Shown: positions 51,421 to 61,788 of the stretch, one piece after another | How the letters are laid out: every line of letters begins with the position of its first letter | Position numbering within the stretch: position 1 is the stretch's first letter | From: Candidatus Nitrosocosmicus sp. | GTDB taxonomy: Bacteria > Methylomirabilota > Methylomirabilia > Rokubacteriales > CSP1-6 | NCBI GenBank assembly: GCA_035654455.1 | Contig: DASRWT010000033.1 | Location: 3,975-67,974, forward strand | Length of the DNA: 64,000 bases | Direction: 5' to 3' | Notes under the pieces: generated by a model | Told to the model about the DNA's origin: nothing | Seen by the model: only the letters and a program-made list of their open reading frames with translations | Databases searched by the model: none | Made by a program: the position numbers and the translations under genes

Positions 51421-52647
51421 ATGACGTTGAAGCTGCCGATCTTCATGGATAGCCAGTCCACCACGCCGGTGGATCCGCGCGTGCTGGAAGTGATGCTGCC
51501 GTATTTCACCGAGAAGTTCGGGCATCCGGCGAGCCGCAATCATCCCTTCGGGTGGGAGGCGGAAGGCGCGGTGGACCGCGCGCGCGGCGAGATCGCGAAG
51601 CTGATCGGCGCCCGCGACCCCAAGGAGCTGGTCTTCACCTCCGGGGGCACCGAGTCCATCAATCTCGCGCTGAAGGGCGTCGCCGAGATGTACCGGGAGA
51701 AGGGCAATCACATCGTGACCACCGCCATCGAGCAGCGGGCGGGTCTCGACGTGTGCAAGCGGCTCGAGCGGCAGGGATTCGAGGTGACCTATCTCGCGGT
51801 GGGCGCCGACGGCGTCGTGGACCCGGAGGCGATTCGCGCCGCCCTGACCGACAAGACCATCCTGATCTCGGTGATGCTCGCCAACAACGAGATCGGCACC
51901 GTCCAGGACGCGGCGGCCATCGGCAAGCTCGCCAAGGAAAAGGGCATCGTCTTCCACACCGACGCCACCCAGGCGGTGGGCAAGGTGCCGGTGGACGTGG
52001 AGGCGATGGGGATCGATCTGCTGTCCGCGACCTCGCACATGCTCTATGGGCCCAAGGGCGTGGGCGCCCTCTACGTCCGGCGCAAGGGGCCGCGGGTGCG
52101 GCTGGCGCCGATGATGGACGGCGGCGGCCACGAGCGGGGGATGCGCTCGGGCACGGTGCCGGTGCCGCTGGCGGTGGGTTTCGGCCGCGCCGCCGATATC
52201 TGCCGCGAGATGATGCCGGACGAGTCGAAGCGGCTGTCCGCGCTGCGCGATCGGCTCCAGGACGCCATCCTGTCGCGGGTGGACGAGGCGTTCCTCAACG
52301 GCCATCCCGAGCGCCGGCTGCCCCACAACCTGAACATCTCGTTCGCGTATGTCGAGGGCGAGTCGGTGCTGATGGGGCTCAACAAGGACGTGGCCCTGTC
52401 CTCCGGCTCCGCGTGCACGTCGTCCACCCTCGAGCCCTCCTACGTGATCTCGGCGCTGGGGGTGAACGCGGAGCTGGCGCACTCGTCCATCCGCTTCGGC
52501 TTGCACCGGTTCAGCACCCAGGAAGAGGTGGACTTCGTGGCGGCGCGCACGGTGGACGTGGTGCAGCGGCTCCGCGAGATGTCCCCGCTCTACGAGCTCG
52601 CCAAGGAAGGCGTGGACCTCAAGACCATCAAGTGGAAGGCTGAATAG
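51421..52647 (+). CDS. iscS: cysteine desulfurase IscS
   Basis: 408 aa. FTSGGTESINLA, the PLP-Lys region, the active-site loop SSGSACTSSTLEPSYV, and the C-terminal IKW. Confidence 0.92.
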   Translation: MTLKLPIFMDSQSTTPVDPRVLEVMLPYFTEKFGHPASRNHPFGWEAEGAVDRARGEIAKLIGARDPKELVFTSGGTESINLALKGVAEMYREKGNHIVTTAIEQRAGLDVCKRLERQGFEVTYLAVGADGVVDPEAIRAALTDKTILISVMLANNEIGTVQDAAAIGKLAKEKGIVFHTDATQAVGKVPVDVEAMGIDLLSATSHMLYGPKGVGALYVRRKGPRVRLAPMMDGGGHERGMRSGTVPVPLAVGFGRAADICREMMPDESKRLSALRDRLQDAILSRVDEAFLNGHPERRLPHNLNISFAYVEGESVLMGLNKDVALSSGSACTSSTLEPSYVISALGVNAELAHSSIRFGLHRFSTQEEVDFVAARTVDVVQRLREMSPLYELAKEGVDLKTIKWKAE

Positions 52648-52681
52648 CGGCGCCCGGCGCCCTTCAGGAGGCGGAGGAGTC

Positions 52682-53098
52682 ATGGCCTACAGCGAAAAGG
52701 TAGTCGACCACTACAACAACCCGCGCAACGTGGGGTCCTTCGGCAAGGACACCCCGGGAGTGGGCACGGGGCTCGTGGGGGCGCCGGAGTGCGGCGACGT
52801 CATGAAGCTCCAGATCAAGGTCAATGTCGAGACGGGGGTCATCGAGGACGCGAAGTTCAAGACCTTCGGCTGCGGCAGCGCCATCGCCTCGTCCAGCCTG
52901 GCCACCGAGTGGCTGAAGGGGCGCACGGTGGACGAGGCGGCCAAGATCAAGAACACCGACATCGTCAACGAGCTGAAGCTGCCCCCGGTGAAGATTCACT
53001 GCTCCGTGCTGGCGGAGGACGCCATCAAGGCGGCGCTCTCCGACTACAAGGAGAAGTGGGCCAAGGCGGAAGCGGGAGCGGATAGCGGCGCGTCCTAA
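52682..53098 (+). CDS. iscU: Fe-S cluster scaffold IscU
   Basis: YSEKVVDHYNNPRNVG, APECGDVMKL, FGCGSAIASSS, LPPVKIHCSVLA. All three Cys ligands are present. Confidence 0.92.
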   Translation: MAYSEKVVDHYNNPRNVGSFGKDTPGVGTGLVGAPECGDVMKLQIKVNVETGVIEDAKFKTFGCGSAIASSSLATEWLKGRTVDEAAKIKNTDIVNELKLPPVKIHCSVLAEDAIKAALSDYKEKWAKAEAGADSGAS

Positions 53099-53134
53099 GG
53101 ACGAGCCGAGTCCCATTCGAGGAGGCACCTACAC

Positions 53135-53461
53135 ATGGCGGTAACACTGACCGAGACGGCGGCGAAGCAGGTGAAGAAGCTCATGCAGGAGCAGAAGCTG
53201 GAGCAGGTGTTCCTGCGCATGGGCGTCAAGGGGGGCGGTTGCTCGGGGCTCTCCTACTCGCTGGAGTTCGACACCGAGAAGGGCAAGCACGACAAGACCT
53301 TCGAGATCGACGGCGTGCCGGTGGTGGTGGACGCCAAGAGCTATCTCTACCTCAACGGGACGACGCTGGACTACGTGACGGAAGGGCTGCAGGGCGGCTT
53401 CACCTTCGTCAACCCGCAGGCGAAATCCAGCTGCGGCTGCGGGACCTCGTTCTCGGCCTGA
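53135..53461 (+). CDS. iscA: Fe-S cluster insertion protein IscA (HesB family)
   Basis: 108 aa. C-terminal CGCGTSF motif and GGGCSGLSY. Confidence 0.9.
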   Translation: MAVTLTETAAKQVKKLMQEQKLEQVFLRMGVKGGGCSGLSYSLEFDTEKGKHDKTFEIDGVPVVVDAKSYLYLNGTTLDYVTEGLQGGFTFVNPQAKSSCGCGTSFSA

Positions 53462-53530
53462 GTGCCGGGCCCCGGGATCGACGACCAACGGGCCCCGGCG
53501 GGCCCGTTCGTATTTTAGGAGAGGCGTGAA

Positions 53531-54113
53531 GTGACGGTGATCGACGACTACTTCGCGGTGTTCGGGCTGCCGCGCAAGCTTACCGTGGACGGCGAGGCGC
53601 TCCGCGCCCGCTTCTACGAGCTGAGCCGCGCCCATCACCCGGACTTCCACCAGGGCGCGGACGCGGACGCCCAGGCGGAGACGCTCACCCGCTCGGCCCT
53701 GGTCAACCGCGCGTATCGGGCGCTCCGGGACCCGCTCGCCCGCGTGGAGTACCTGATTGCGCTGGAAGAGGGCCGCGACACCCGCGAAGGCGCCATCGCC
53801 CGGCCCGCCGCGCCCCGCGAGCTCCTGGCCGAGATGATGGAGGTGCAGGAGGCCCTCGAGGAAGCCAAGGCGGCGGGAATGGACGACGCGTCGCGCGCCC
53901 GGCTCCGGGAGGAGCGGGAGCGTCTGCAGGCGCGGAAGCGCGCGGAGGAAGACGCCATCGTGGGCCGGGCGGGGGAGTGGGATGCCGCGCTCAGCGCGAA
54001 GGCCGACCGCGGTCCGCTGCTCGAGTGGTTCAAGGCCCGGCTGGCCGCGCGAGCATTCCTGCGCACCGTCATCGACGACCTGAGCGAAGCGCTCGGAGAG
54101 GATCTGGAGAGCC

Positions 54114-54136
<23 letters not shown>
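53531..54136 (+). CDS. hscB: co-chaperone HscB (J-domain)
   Basis: DYFAVFGLPRKL...LSRAHHPD J-domain with HPD. GTG start (53531 or 53537). Overlaps hscA by 23 nt. Confidence 0.85.
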
Positions 54137-55936
<1,800 letters not shown>

Positions 55937-55937
<1 letters not shown>

Positions 55938-56260
55938 TGGCGAAGCACAAGGTGACCTTTCTGCCCCAGGACGTGACGGTGGAGGTGGACGACGAGAAGT
56001 ATCCGCTCGCCGACCACGGCCGGCCCGGCTCGCTGCTGGACATCGCGCTCGCGAACGACATCCACCTGGAGCACAACTGCGGCGGGTCCTGCGCCTGCAC
56101 AACCTGCCACGTCATCGTCCGGGAGGGCGAGGCCAACCTCTCCCCCATGGAGCCCGACGAGGAGGACCGCCTCGACACCGCCGAGGGGCTCACGCTGCAC
56201 TCGCGCCTCGGCTGCCAGGCGATCGTGAAGGGCAACGTCGTCGTGGAGATACCAAAGTGA
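55937..56260 (+). CDS. fdx: [2Fe-2S] ferredoxin of the ISC system
   Basis: 107 aa with CGGSCACTTCHV...SRLGCQ. The start overlaps the hscA stop (TGATG). Confidence 0.9.
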
Positions 56261-56457
56261 AATGGAGCGACGCGGAAGACATTGCCATCGCGCTGCTGGA
56301 GGCGCACCCGGACACGGACCCGCTCACGGTGCGATTTACCGACATGCACAAGTGGGTGATCGGGCTGGACGATTTCGACGACGACCCGAAGGGCTCCAAC
56401 GAGGGGATCCTCGAGGCCATCCAGATGAAGTGGCACGAGGAGTTTCAGGACCGATGA
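56257..56457 (+). CDS. iscX: Fe-S assembly protein IscX
   Basis: MKWSDAEDIAIALLEAHPDTDPLTVRFTDMHKWVIGLDDFDDDP closely parallels E. coli IscX as I recall it. GTG start overlaps the fdx stop (GTGA). Confidence 0.85.
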   Translation: MKWSDAEDIAIALLEAHPDTDPLTVRFTDMHKWVIGLDDFDDDPKGSNEGILEAIQMKWHEEFQDR

Positions 56458-56474
56458 CGCCCTGCCGACCGTCG

Positions 56475-56696
56475 CTACCAGCTGATGACGTGATCCGCCT
56501 CGAAGATGAGGTCGAGCAGCTCGGCATGGTCGAGCCCCTGGCCGAGGCGCAGGAGCCGCGCGCCCGGGGGCAGGTCGGGCGGGGCGCTCCCGTCCAGCAT
56601 GACCACGGTGACGGTGGCGTCGCCGGCGGGGCGGCCGATCACCGTGGGGGCCAGCGCGGACGCGTCGGCCTTGAGGAGATGGAGATAGCGCGCCAT
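56475..56696 (-). CDS. DsrH/TusB-like small sulfur-relay subunit
   Basis: 73 aa, third gene of a three-gene set. The C-terminus LDHAELLDLIFEADHVISW resembles the TusB end (...VKHSSQMAW, recalled). The start overlaps the upstream stop by 1 nt. Confidence 0.55.
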   Translation of the reverse strand: MARYLHLLKADASALAPTVIGRPAGDATVTVVMLDGSAPPDLPPGARLLRLGQGLDHAELLDLIFEADHVISW

Positions 56697-57052
56697 CAGA
56701 AGACGAGGTATCGGCTGGCGCGGGCGGCGAGCGCGGCCACGCCGCCCGCGTCGATGGGCGCCACCGGGTGGCCGTCCGCGTTCCAGTCGGGATCCGCCGG
56801 CGCCGTGCCGGCCTCGATGTGGAACACGATGCCGAGCTTCTTCAGCGCGGCGCGGAACTTGGCGATGTCGTCGCCGTCCACGAGGTCGTCGGTGTCCGCG
56901 TCGAGCAGGTGGACGGCGGGACCGCTCAGCACCACCGCCACCTCGTTCTCCCCCGCCACCACGCCCAGCGCGATGCGCATGGCTTCGTTGGCGCGGTGGG
57001 ACAGGCGCGGGTCCTCCGAGATCACCACCAGCACGGGCCGGCCGTCGGGCAC
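56696..57052 (-). CDS. DsrF/TusC-like sulfur-relay subunit
   Basis: 118 aa. DsrE/F-fold pattern VLVVISEDP...REAMRIALG...LSGPAVHLL, ending ...YLVF like TusC (...VILRF, recalled). GTG start. Confidence 0.6.
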   Translation of the reverse strand: MPDGRPVLVVISEDPRLSHRANEAMRIALGVVAGENEVAVVLSGPAVHLLDADTDDLVDGDDIAKFRAALKKLGIVFHIEAGTAPADPDWNADGHPVAPIDAGGVAALAARASRYLVF

Positions 57053-57056
57053 GCGG

Positions 57057-57374
57057 TCAGTTCAGCGCGACGAAGCGGTCGGTGCCGTTGATCACGTCGG
57101 TGAGCACGACGAGGCCGCAGTTGGTGGCGCGCTCCGACAGGGGGAGGCCGCGCTTCTGGCAGCCGAACGCGCAGACGAACAGCCGCGCGCCCCGCTCGGC
57201 GAGGGCCTGCACGCGCGGGTGGTCCACCGCGGCCACGCCGTCGTCGATGAGGTACAGATACACCTGCGCCCCACGATCAAGCGCCGCTTCGGAGAGCCCC
57301 ACCGCGGTGTCGAGATTTCCGTTTTCGGGCCCGGTGGAGAGCATCAGACCGAGCTTTTTCCCCGCGTATTGCAT
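57057..57374 (-). CDS. DsrE/TusD-like sulfur-relay subunit (conserved Cys)
   Basis: 105 aa. KLGLMLSTGP...VYLYLIDDGV...LFVCAFGCQKRGL parallels the TusD NICVAAALRRGV segment that carries the active Cys. Confidence 0.65.
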   Translation of the reverse strand: MQYAGKKLGLMLSTGPENGNLDTAVGLSEAALDRGAQVYLYLIDDGVAAVDHPRVQALAERGARLFVCAFGCQKRGLPLSERATNCGLVVLTDVINGTDRFVALN

Positions 57375-57411
57375 TGCGGGCTCAGCCTAGCATCGTGAAA
57401 GGGGACCGTCA

Positions 57412-58566
57412 ATGAACCGTCGCGTGTATCTCGATCACAACGCCTCCACCCCCGTGCACCCCGAGGTGCTGGAGGCGATGCTGCCGTATTTTGCCGATCG
57501 CTTCGGGAATCCCTCCAGCATCCACGGCTTCGGCCGCGAGGCGCGCGACGGGGTCGAGGCCGCGCGCCAGAGCGTGGCGCACTTCCTCCGGGTGGGCAAG
57601 GACGAGATCCTGTTCACCTCCGGCGGCACCGAGTCCGACAACGCGGCGGTGAAGGGCATTGCCGCCGCGCGCGGCCGCGGGCACATCGTGACCTCGGCGG
57701 TGGAGCACCACGCAGTCCTGCGCAGCGTGCAGGCCCTGGAGAAGCAGGGCTTCGAGGCCACCTATGTGCCGGTGGACGGCCACGGCATGGTGGACCCGGA
57801 CGACGTGCGCCGCGCGCTCCGCCCCGACACCATCGTGGTATCGATCATGCACGCCAACTCCGAGGTGGGCACCATCCAGCCGGTGGCGGCGATCGGACGG
57901 CTCACCCGCGAGCGCGAGATTCCCTTCCACGTCGACGCGGTGCAGACCTTCGGCAAGCTGCCGCTGGACCTCGACGCCCTCGGCATCGACGTCCTCTCCT
58001 TCTCGTCCCACAAGATCTACGGGCCCAAGGGCACCGCCGGTCTCTATATCCGCAAGGGCACCAAGATGGTGTCCGTGCAGCACGGGGGAGAGCACGAGCG
58101 GCGCCGCCGGGCGGGCACCGAGAATGTGCCCGGCATCATCGGCCTCGGGAAGGCGGTGGAGGTGCGGGCCCGCGACATGGCCGCCGAGGAGACCCGGGTG
58201 CGCGCGCTGCGGGATCGCCTGTGGGAGGGCCTCGAGCGGCGGGTGCCGGAGATGCGGCTCAATGGCCATCCCACCGAGCGGCTGCCGGGCACCTGCAATG
58301 TCTGCTTCCGGCACATCGAGTCCGAATCCATCGTGCTGGGGCTGGATCTCAAGGGCATTGCGGTATCGGCAGGGTCGGCCTGCACCTCGGGGAGCATCGA
58401 GCCCTCGCACGTGCTGGTCGCCATGGGAGTGCCGCTGGACTGGGCGATGGGCACCGTGCGCTGCTCGCTGGGGCGGACCACCACCGCCGAGGACATCGAC
58501 TATGTCCTGGACTGTGTGGAACCGCTGGCGGCCAAGCTGCGGAGCCTCTCTCCGCTCAAGGTGTGA
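57412..58566 (+). CDS. cysteine desulfurase, NifS/IscS class I (second copy)
   Basis: 384 aa. YLDHNASTP, FTSGGTESDN, SSHKIYGPKG (PLP Lys), active-site loop SAGSACTSGSIEPSHV. Confidence 0.9.
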   Translation: MNRRVYLDHNASTPVHPEVLEAMLPYFADRFGNPSSIHGFGREARDGVEAARQSVAHFLRVGKDEILFTSGGTESDNAAVKGIAAARGRGHIVTSAVEHHAVLRSVQALEKQGFEATYVPVDGHGMVDPDDVRRALRPDTIVVSIMHANSEVGTIQPVAAIGRLTREREIPFHVDAVQTFGKLPLDLDALGIDVLSFSSHKIYGPKGTAGLYIRKGTKMVSVQHGGEHERRRRAGTENVPGIIGLGKAVEVRARDMAAEETRVRALRDRLWEGLERRVPEMRLNGHPTERLPGTCNVCFRHIESESIVLGLDLKGIAVSAGSACTSGSIEPSHVLVAMGVPLDWAMGTVRCSLGRTTTAEDIDYVLDCVEPLAAKLRSLSPLKV

Positions 58567-58567
58567 G

Positions 58568-58969
58568 GTGCGCTATAGCCCGACGCTGATCGAGCACTTC
58601 CGCCACCCGCGGAACGCGGGCATGATGCGGGATCCCGACGGGGTGGGCGAGAGCGAATATCCGGAGTGCATGGATCTCGCCCGCGTGTATCTTCGAGTGC
58701 GCGACGGCCGGGTGACGGAGGCGCGGTTTCAGACGTACGGATGTGGCCCGACCATCGCGGCCTCGAGCGCGGCGACCGAGCTGATCCAGGGGCTGGCGGT
58801 GGAGGAGTTGCTGGAGCTGGCGGACGCGCGAGTGGAAGCGGCGGTGGGTGGCCTGCCCGCCGACCGGGCGCATGCCGCCCAGGTGGTGACCGCGGCCATC
58901 CGGGCGGCGGCGCGGGACGCGATGGCCCGATCGCAAGAGGCCGGCCTCAGGCCGGCAGGGGGAGCTTGA
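58568..58969 (+). CDS. IscU/NifU-N-like protein lacking the third cluster Cys
   Basis: Real part of ORF 57764..58969; GTG 58568 lies 1 nt after the desulfurase stop. [32 protein letters not shown]. The IscU IHCSVLA position reads AHAAQVV. Confidence 0.75.
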   Translation: MRYSPTLIEHFRHPRNAGMMRDPDGVGESEYPECMDLARVYLRVRDGRVTEARFQTYGCGPTIAASSAATELIQGLAVEELLELADARVEAAVGGLPADRAHAAQVVTAAIRAAARDAMARSQEAGLRPAGGA

Positions 58970-58973
58970 GCCG

Positions 58974-59642
58974 ATGTTCGAGCGGATGAAGCGCGACGTG
59001 CAGACGGTGATGGAGCGGGATCCGGCGGCGCGCTCGAAGCTCGAGGTGGTGCTGGCCTATCCGGGCGTCCACGCGATCTGGATTCACCGTGTGGCGCACC
59101 CTCTCTGGAACGCGGGCTGGTTCACCCTCGCGCGCCTCGTGGCCCACCTGGGGCGCTTCCTCACCGGCATCGAGATCCACCCCGCGGCCAGGCTGGGGTC
59201 CGGTCTCTTCATCGACCACGGCATGGGCATCGTCATCGGCGAGACGGCGGAGGTGGGTGAGAACGTGTCGCTGCTCCAGGGGGTGACCCTGGGGGGCACC
59301 AGCGTGAGGCGCGAGAAGCGTCATCCCACCCTGGGCGACAACGTCACCGTGGGCGCGGGGGCCAAGATTCTCGGCGGCTTCACCATCGGGGCGGGGAGCC
59401 GTATCGGCGCCGGCTCGGTGGTGGTGCGCGAGGTTCCCGAGAACTCGGTTGTCGTCGGCGTCCCCGGCCGGGTAACATATCGTGACGGCCGTCGCGTGCA
59501 GGGCGAGATCGACCTCAACCAGGTCGACCTGCCCGATCCGCTGGCGCGCACCGTGGAGCACCTCCTGGACCGCATCCGAGCCCTCGAGGCCGAGCTGGAG
59601 AGCCTGAAGCATCCGGCGCGCGAGCGTGAAGAGCAGGCGTGA
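58974..59642 (+). CDS. cysE: serine O-acetyltransferase
   Basis: [38 protein letters not shown], and hexapeptide repeats (GVTLGGTS...[14 protein letters not shown]). Confidence 0.9.
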   Translation: MFERMKRDVQTVMERDPAARSKLEVVLAYPGVHAIWIHRVAHPLWNAGWFTLARLVAHLGRFLTGIEIHPAARLGSGLFIDHGMGIVIGETAEVGENVSLLQGVTLGGTSVRREKRHPTLGDNVTVGAGAKILGGFTIGAGSRIGAGSVVVREVPENSVVVGVPGRVTYRDGRRVQGEIDLNQVDLPDPLARTVEHLLDRIRALEAELESLKHPAREREEQA

Positions 59643-59670
59643 GACCGCCGCCGAGAGAAAAGGAGACGAA

Positions 59671-59853
59671 GTGGTCCCCAAGGACACGATGACCATCAAG
59701 GAAGCGTCGCAATACCTGGCCATGGACGAGCAGACGGTGACGCGCATGGCCACCGAGCGCCGCATTCCCGCGCTGCAGCACAATGGCCAGTGGGTGCTGT
59801 CCAAGAAGTCCATCGACAAGTGGAAGGCCCGCCAGCCCGCCGCTCGCGCCTGA
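59671..59853 (+). CDS. helix-turn-helix DNA-binding protein (excisionase/MerR-like HTH_17 type)
   Basis: MTIKEASQYLAMDEQTVTRMATERRIPALQHNGQWVLSKKSIDKW. GTG 59671 is preceded by GGAG. ATG 59689 is the alternative start. Confidence 0.7.
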   Translation: MVPKDTMTIKEASQYLAMDEQTVTRMATERRIPALQHNGQWVLSKKSIDKWKARQPAARA

Positions 59854-59880
59854 CCTGGGATCGCCTTCCCCGCCTCGGCG

Positions 59881-60450
59881 ATGATCGATCGCTCCGCCGC
59901 CTGGAGTGTCCTCACGGAGTTCACGCATTCCGATAGCCTGCGCAAGCACGCCCTCGCGGTGGAAGCGGCGATGCGCGCCTATGCCGGCCGCTATGGCGCC
60001 GACGCGGAGGCCTGGGGCGTGGCCGGCATGCTCCACGACTTCGACTACGAGATGCATCCCACCGCGCCCGCGCACCCGCTCAAGGGCGCGGAGATCCTGC
60101 GCGCGCGCGGGGTACCCGAGCCCATCGTGTACGCCATCCTCGCCCATGCCGACTACTCCGGCTGCCCCCGCGTGTCGCTCCTCGACCGGGCGCTGTACGC
60201 CTGTGACGAGCCGGCCGGGTTCGTCACCGCCTGCGCCCTGGTGCGGCCCGGGCGTGCCATCGCCGGGCTCGAGCCGGCCTCCGTGCTCAGGAAGCTCAAG
60301 GACAAGGGCTTTGCCCGGACGGTGAATCGCCTCGACGTCACCCGCGGCGCCGAGGAGCTGGCGGTGCCGCTCGAGGAGCACCTCCGCTTCGTCATCGGCG
60401 CGCTCACCGCGGTGGCGCCCTCTCTCGGCCTCGGGGGCCCCGCGCAGTAG
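59881..60450 (+). CDS. HD/HDIG-domain metal-dependent phosphohydrolase
   Basis: 189 aa. LRKHALAVEAAMR...GMLHDFDYE...LAHADY, the HD-domain His/Asp pattern. Confidence 0.8.
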   Translation: MIDRSAAWSVLTEFTHSDSLRKHALAVEAAMRAYAGRYGADAEAWGVAGMLHDFDYEMHPTAPAHPLKGAEILRARGVPEPIVYAILAHADYSGCPRVSLLDRALYACDEPAGFVTACALVRPGRAIAGLEPASVLRKLKDKGFARTVNRLDVTRGAEELAVPLEEHLRFVIGALTAVAPSLGLGGPAQ

Positions 60451-60456
60451 CCGGCC

Positions 60457-61689
60457 ATGCCCGGATCCGCGCCCGCGATCCGGACGGTGATCCACGTGGA
60501 CATGGACGCGTTCTACGCGTCCGTCGAGCAGCGAGACCGGCCCGAGCTCAAGGGCCGACCGGTGGTGGTGGGCGCGCAGCCGGGCGGGCGGGGCGTGGTC
60601 TCCGCCGCCTCCTACGAGGCGCGGCGCTTCGGCATCCACTCCGCCATGCCCATCAGCCGCGCCTACCGGCTCTGTCCCGACGCCGTGTACCTGCCGGTGG
60701 CCATGGACAAGTATGCCGCGGTCTCGCGCGAGATCATGTCGCTGCTCGCCCAGTGGACGCCGCTGCTGGAGCCGGTGTCCATCGACGAGGCCTTCCTCGA
60801 CGTCACCGCGAGCCGCGCGCTGCGCGGCGACGGGCCCCGCATCGCGCGGGACATCAAGGCGAAGATCCGCGCCGAGGTGTCCCTGACCGCCTCGGTGGGC
60901 GTGGCGCCCAACAAGTTCCTCGCCAAGGTGGCGTCCGATCTCGAGAAGCCTGACGGGCTGGTGGTGGTGAAGCCCGGCGCCGAGGAGGAGTTTCTCGCGC
61001 CGCTGCCCATCGCGCGACTCTGGGGCGTGGGCAAGGTCACCGCGACGGAGCTGGAGGGCCTCGGCATCCGCACCATCGGCCAGCTTGCCCGGATGCCGCC
61101 CGCCTCACTGGAGGCGCGCTTCGGCAGCGGCGGGCTGGCCCTCGCCGAGCTTGCCCGCGGCCGGGACGATCGCCCCGTGGAGCCGTTCGGCGCGCCGAAG
61201 TCCATGGGGGCGGAGGAGACCTTCGGCGCGGATCACCGGGACCTCGACCGGCTGCGCGCCACGCTGCGCGCCCAGGCTGAGCGGGTGGCGCGCGAGCTCC
61301 GCGCCGAGGGCTATGCAGGCCGCGTGGTCACGCTGAAGATCCGCTTCGCGGACTTCTCGACCTATACGCGCGCCCATACCGGCGAGCCCACCCAGGACGG
61401 CTTGCGCATCTTCGACGAAGCCGCCGCGCTGCTCGGCCGGGTGAGGCTCACCCAGGCGGTACGGCTCATCGGACTCTCGGTGTCCGGGCTGGGGCCCGCT
61501 GGGCACGGACAGATCCCGCTCTTCGGCCCCGATCTCGCCCGGCGGGAGCGCCTGGGGCGGGCGCTGGACCAGCTCACGGAGCGCTTCGGCGAGGACACGG
61601 TGCGCCCGGCCAGTCTCCTCGGCCGGCGCCGGCGGCGCCGGGACCCCGGCGAGGAGGGGGAGGGGCCTCCAAGCGGCCGTCGGGTTTGA
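60457..61689 (+). CDS. dinB: DNA polymerase IV
   Basis: VIHVDMDAFYASVEQRD, SIDEAFLDVT, LWGVGKVT. Confidence 0.92.
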   Translation: MPGSAPAIRTVIHVDMDAFYASVEQRDRPELKGRPVVVGAQPGGRGVVSAASYEARRFGIHSAMPISRAYRLCPDAVYLPVAMDKYAAVSREIMSLLAQWTPLLEPVSIDEAFLDVTASRALRGDGPRIARDIKAKIRAEVSLTASVGVAPNKFLAKVASDLEKPDGLVVVKPGAEEEFLAPLPIARLWGVGKVTATELEGLGIRTIGQLARMPPASLEARFGSGGLALAELARGRDDRPVEPFGAPKSMGAEETFGADHRDLDRLRATLRAQAERVARELRAEGYAGRVVTLKIRFADFSTYTRAHTGEPTQDGLRIFDEAAALLGRVRLTQAVRLIGLSVSGLGPAGHGQIPLFGPDLARRERLGRALDQLTERFGEDTVRPASLLGRRRRRRDPGEEGEGPPSGRRV

Positions 61690-61714
61690 CTTTCCGGTGA
61701 CCCATTCCTATACT
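61686..61714 (+). promoter_or_regulatory. sigma70-type promoter upstream of livH
   Basis: TTGACT (61686-61691, overlapping the dinB stop), 17-nt spacer, TATACT (61709-61714). Confidence 0.6.
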
Positions 61715-61788
61715 CGGGCCACTTTTCGCCGAGACCAGGTCACATTGACGGCGCCCAGCGAAGGGCGACCGTCTCCGGAGGTCGTTCT

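Noticed and set aside
59671-59853. Excisionase-type HTH gene as a marker of a prophage or integrative element
   Set aside because: There is no integrase, recombinase, tRNA target, direct repeat or compositional shift nearby. The flanking genes (cysE, HD hydrolase, dinB) look chromosomal.
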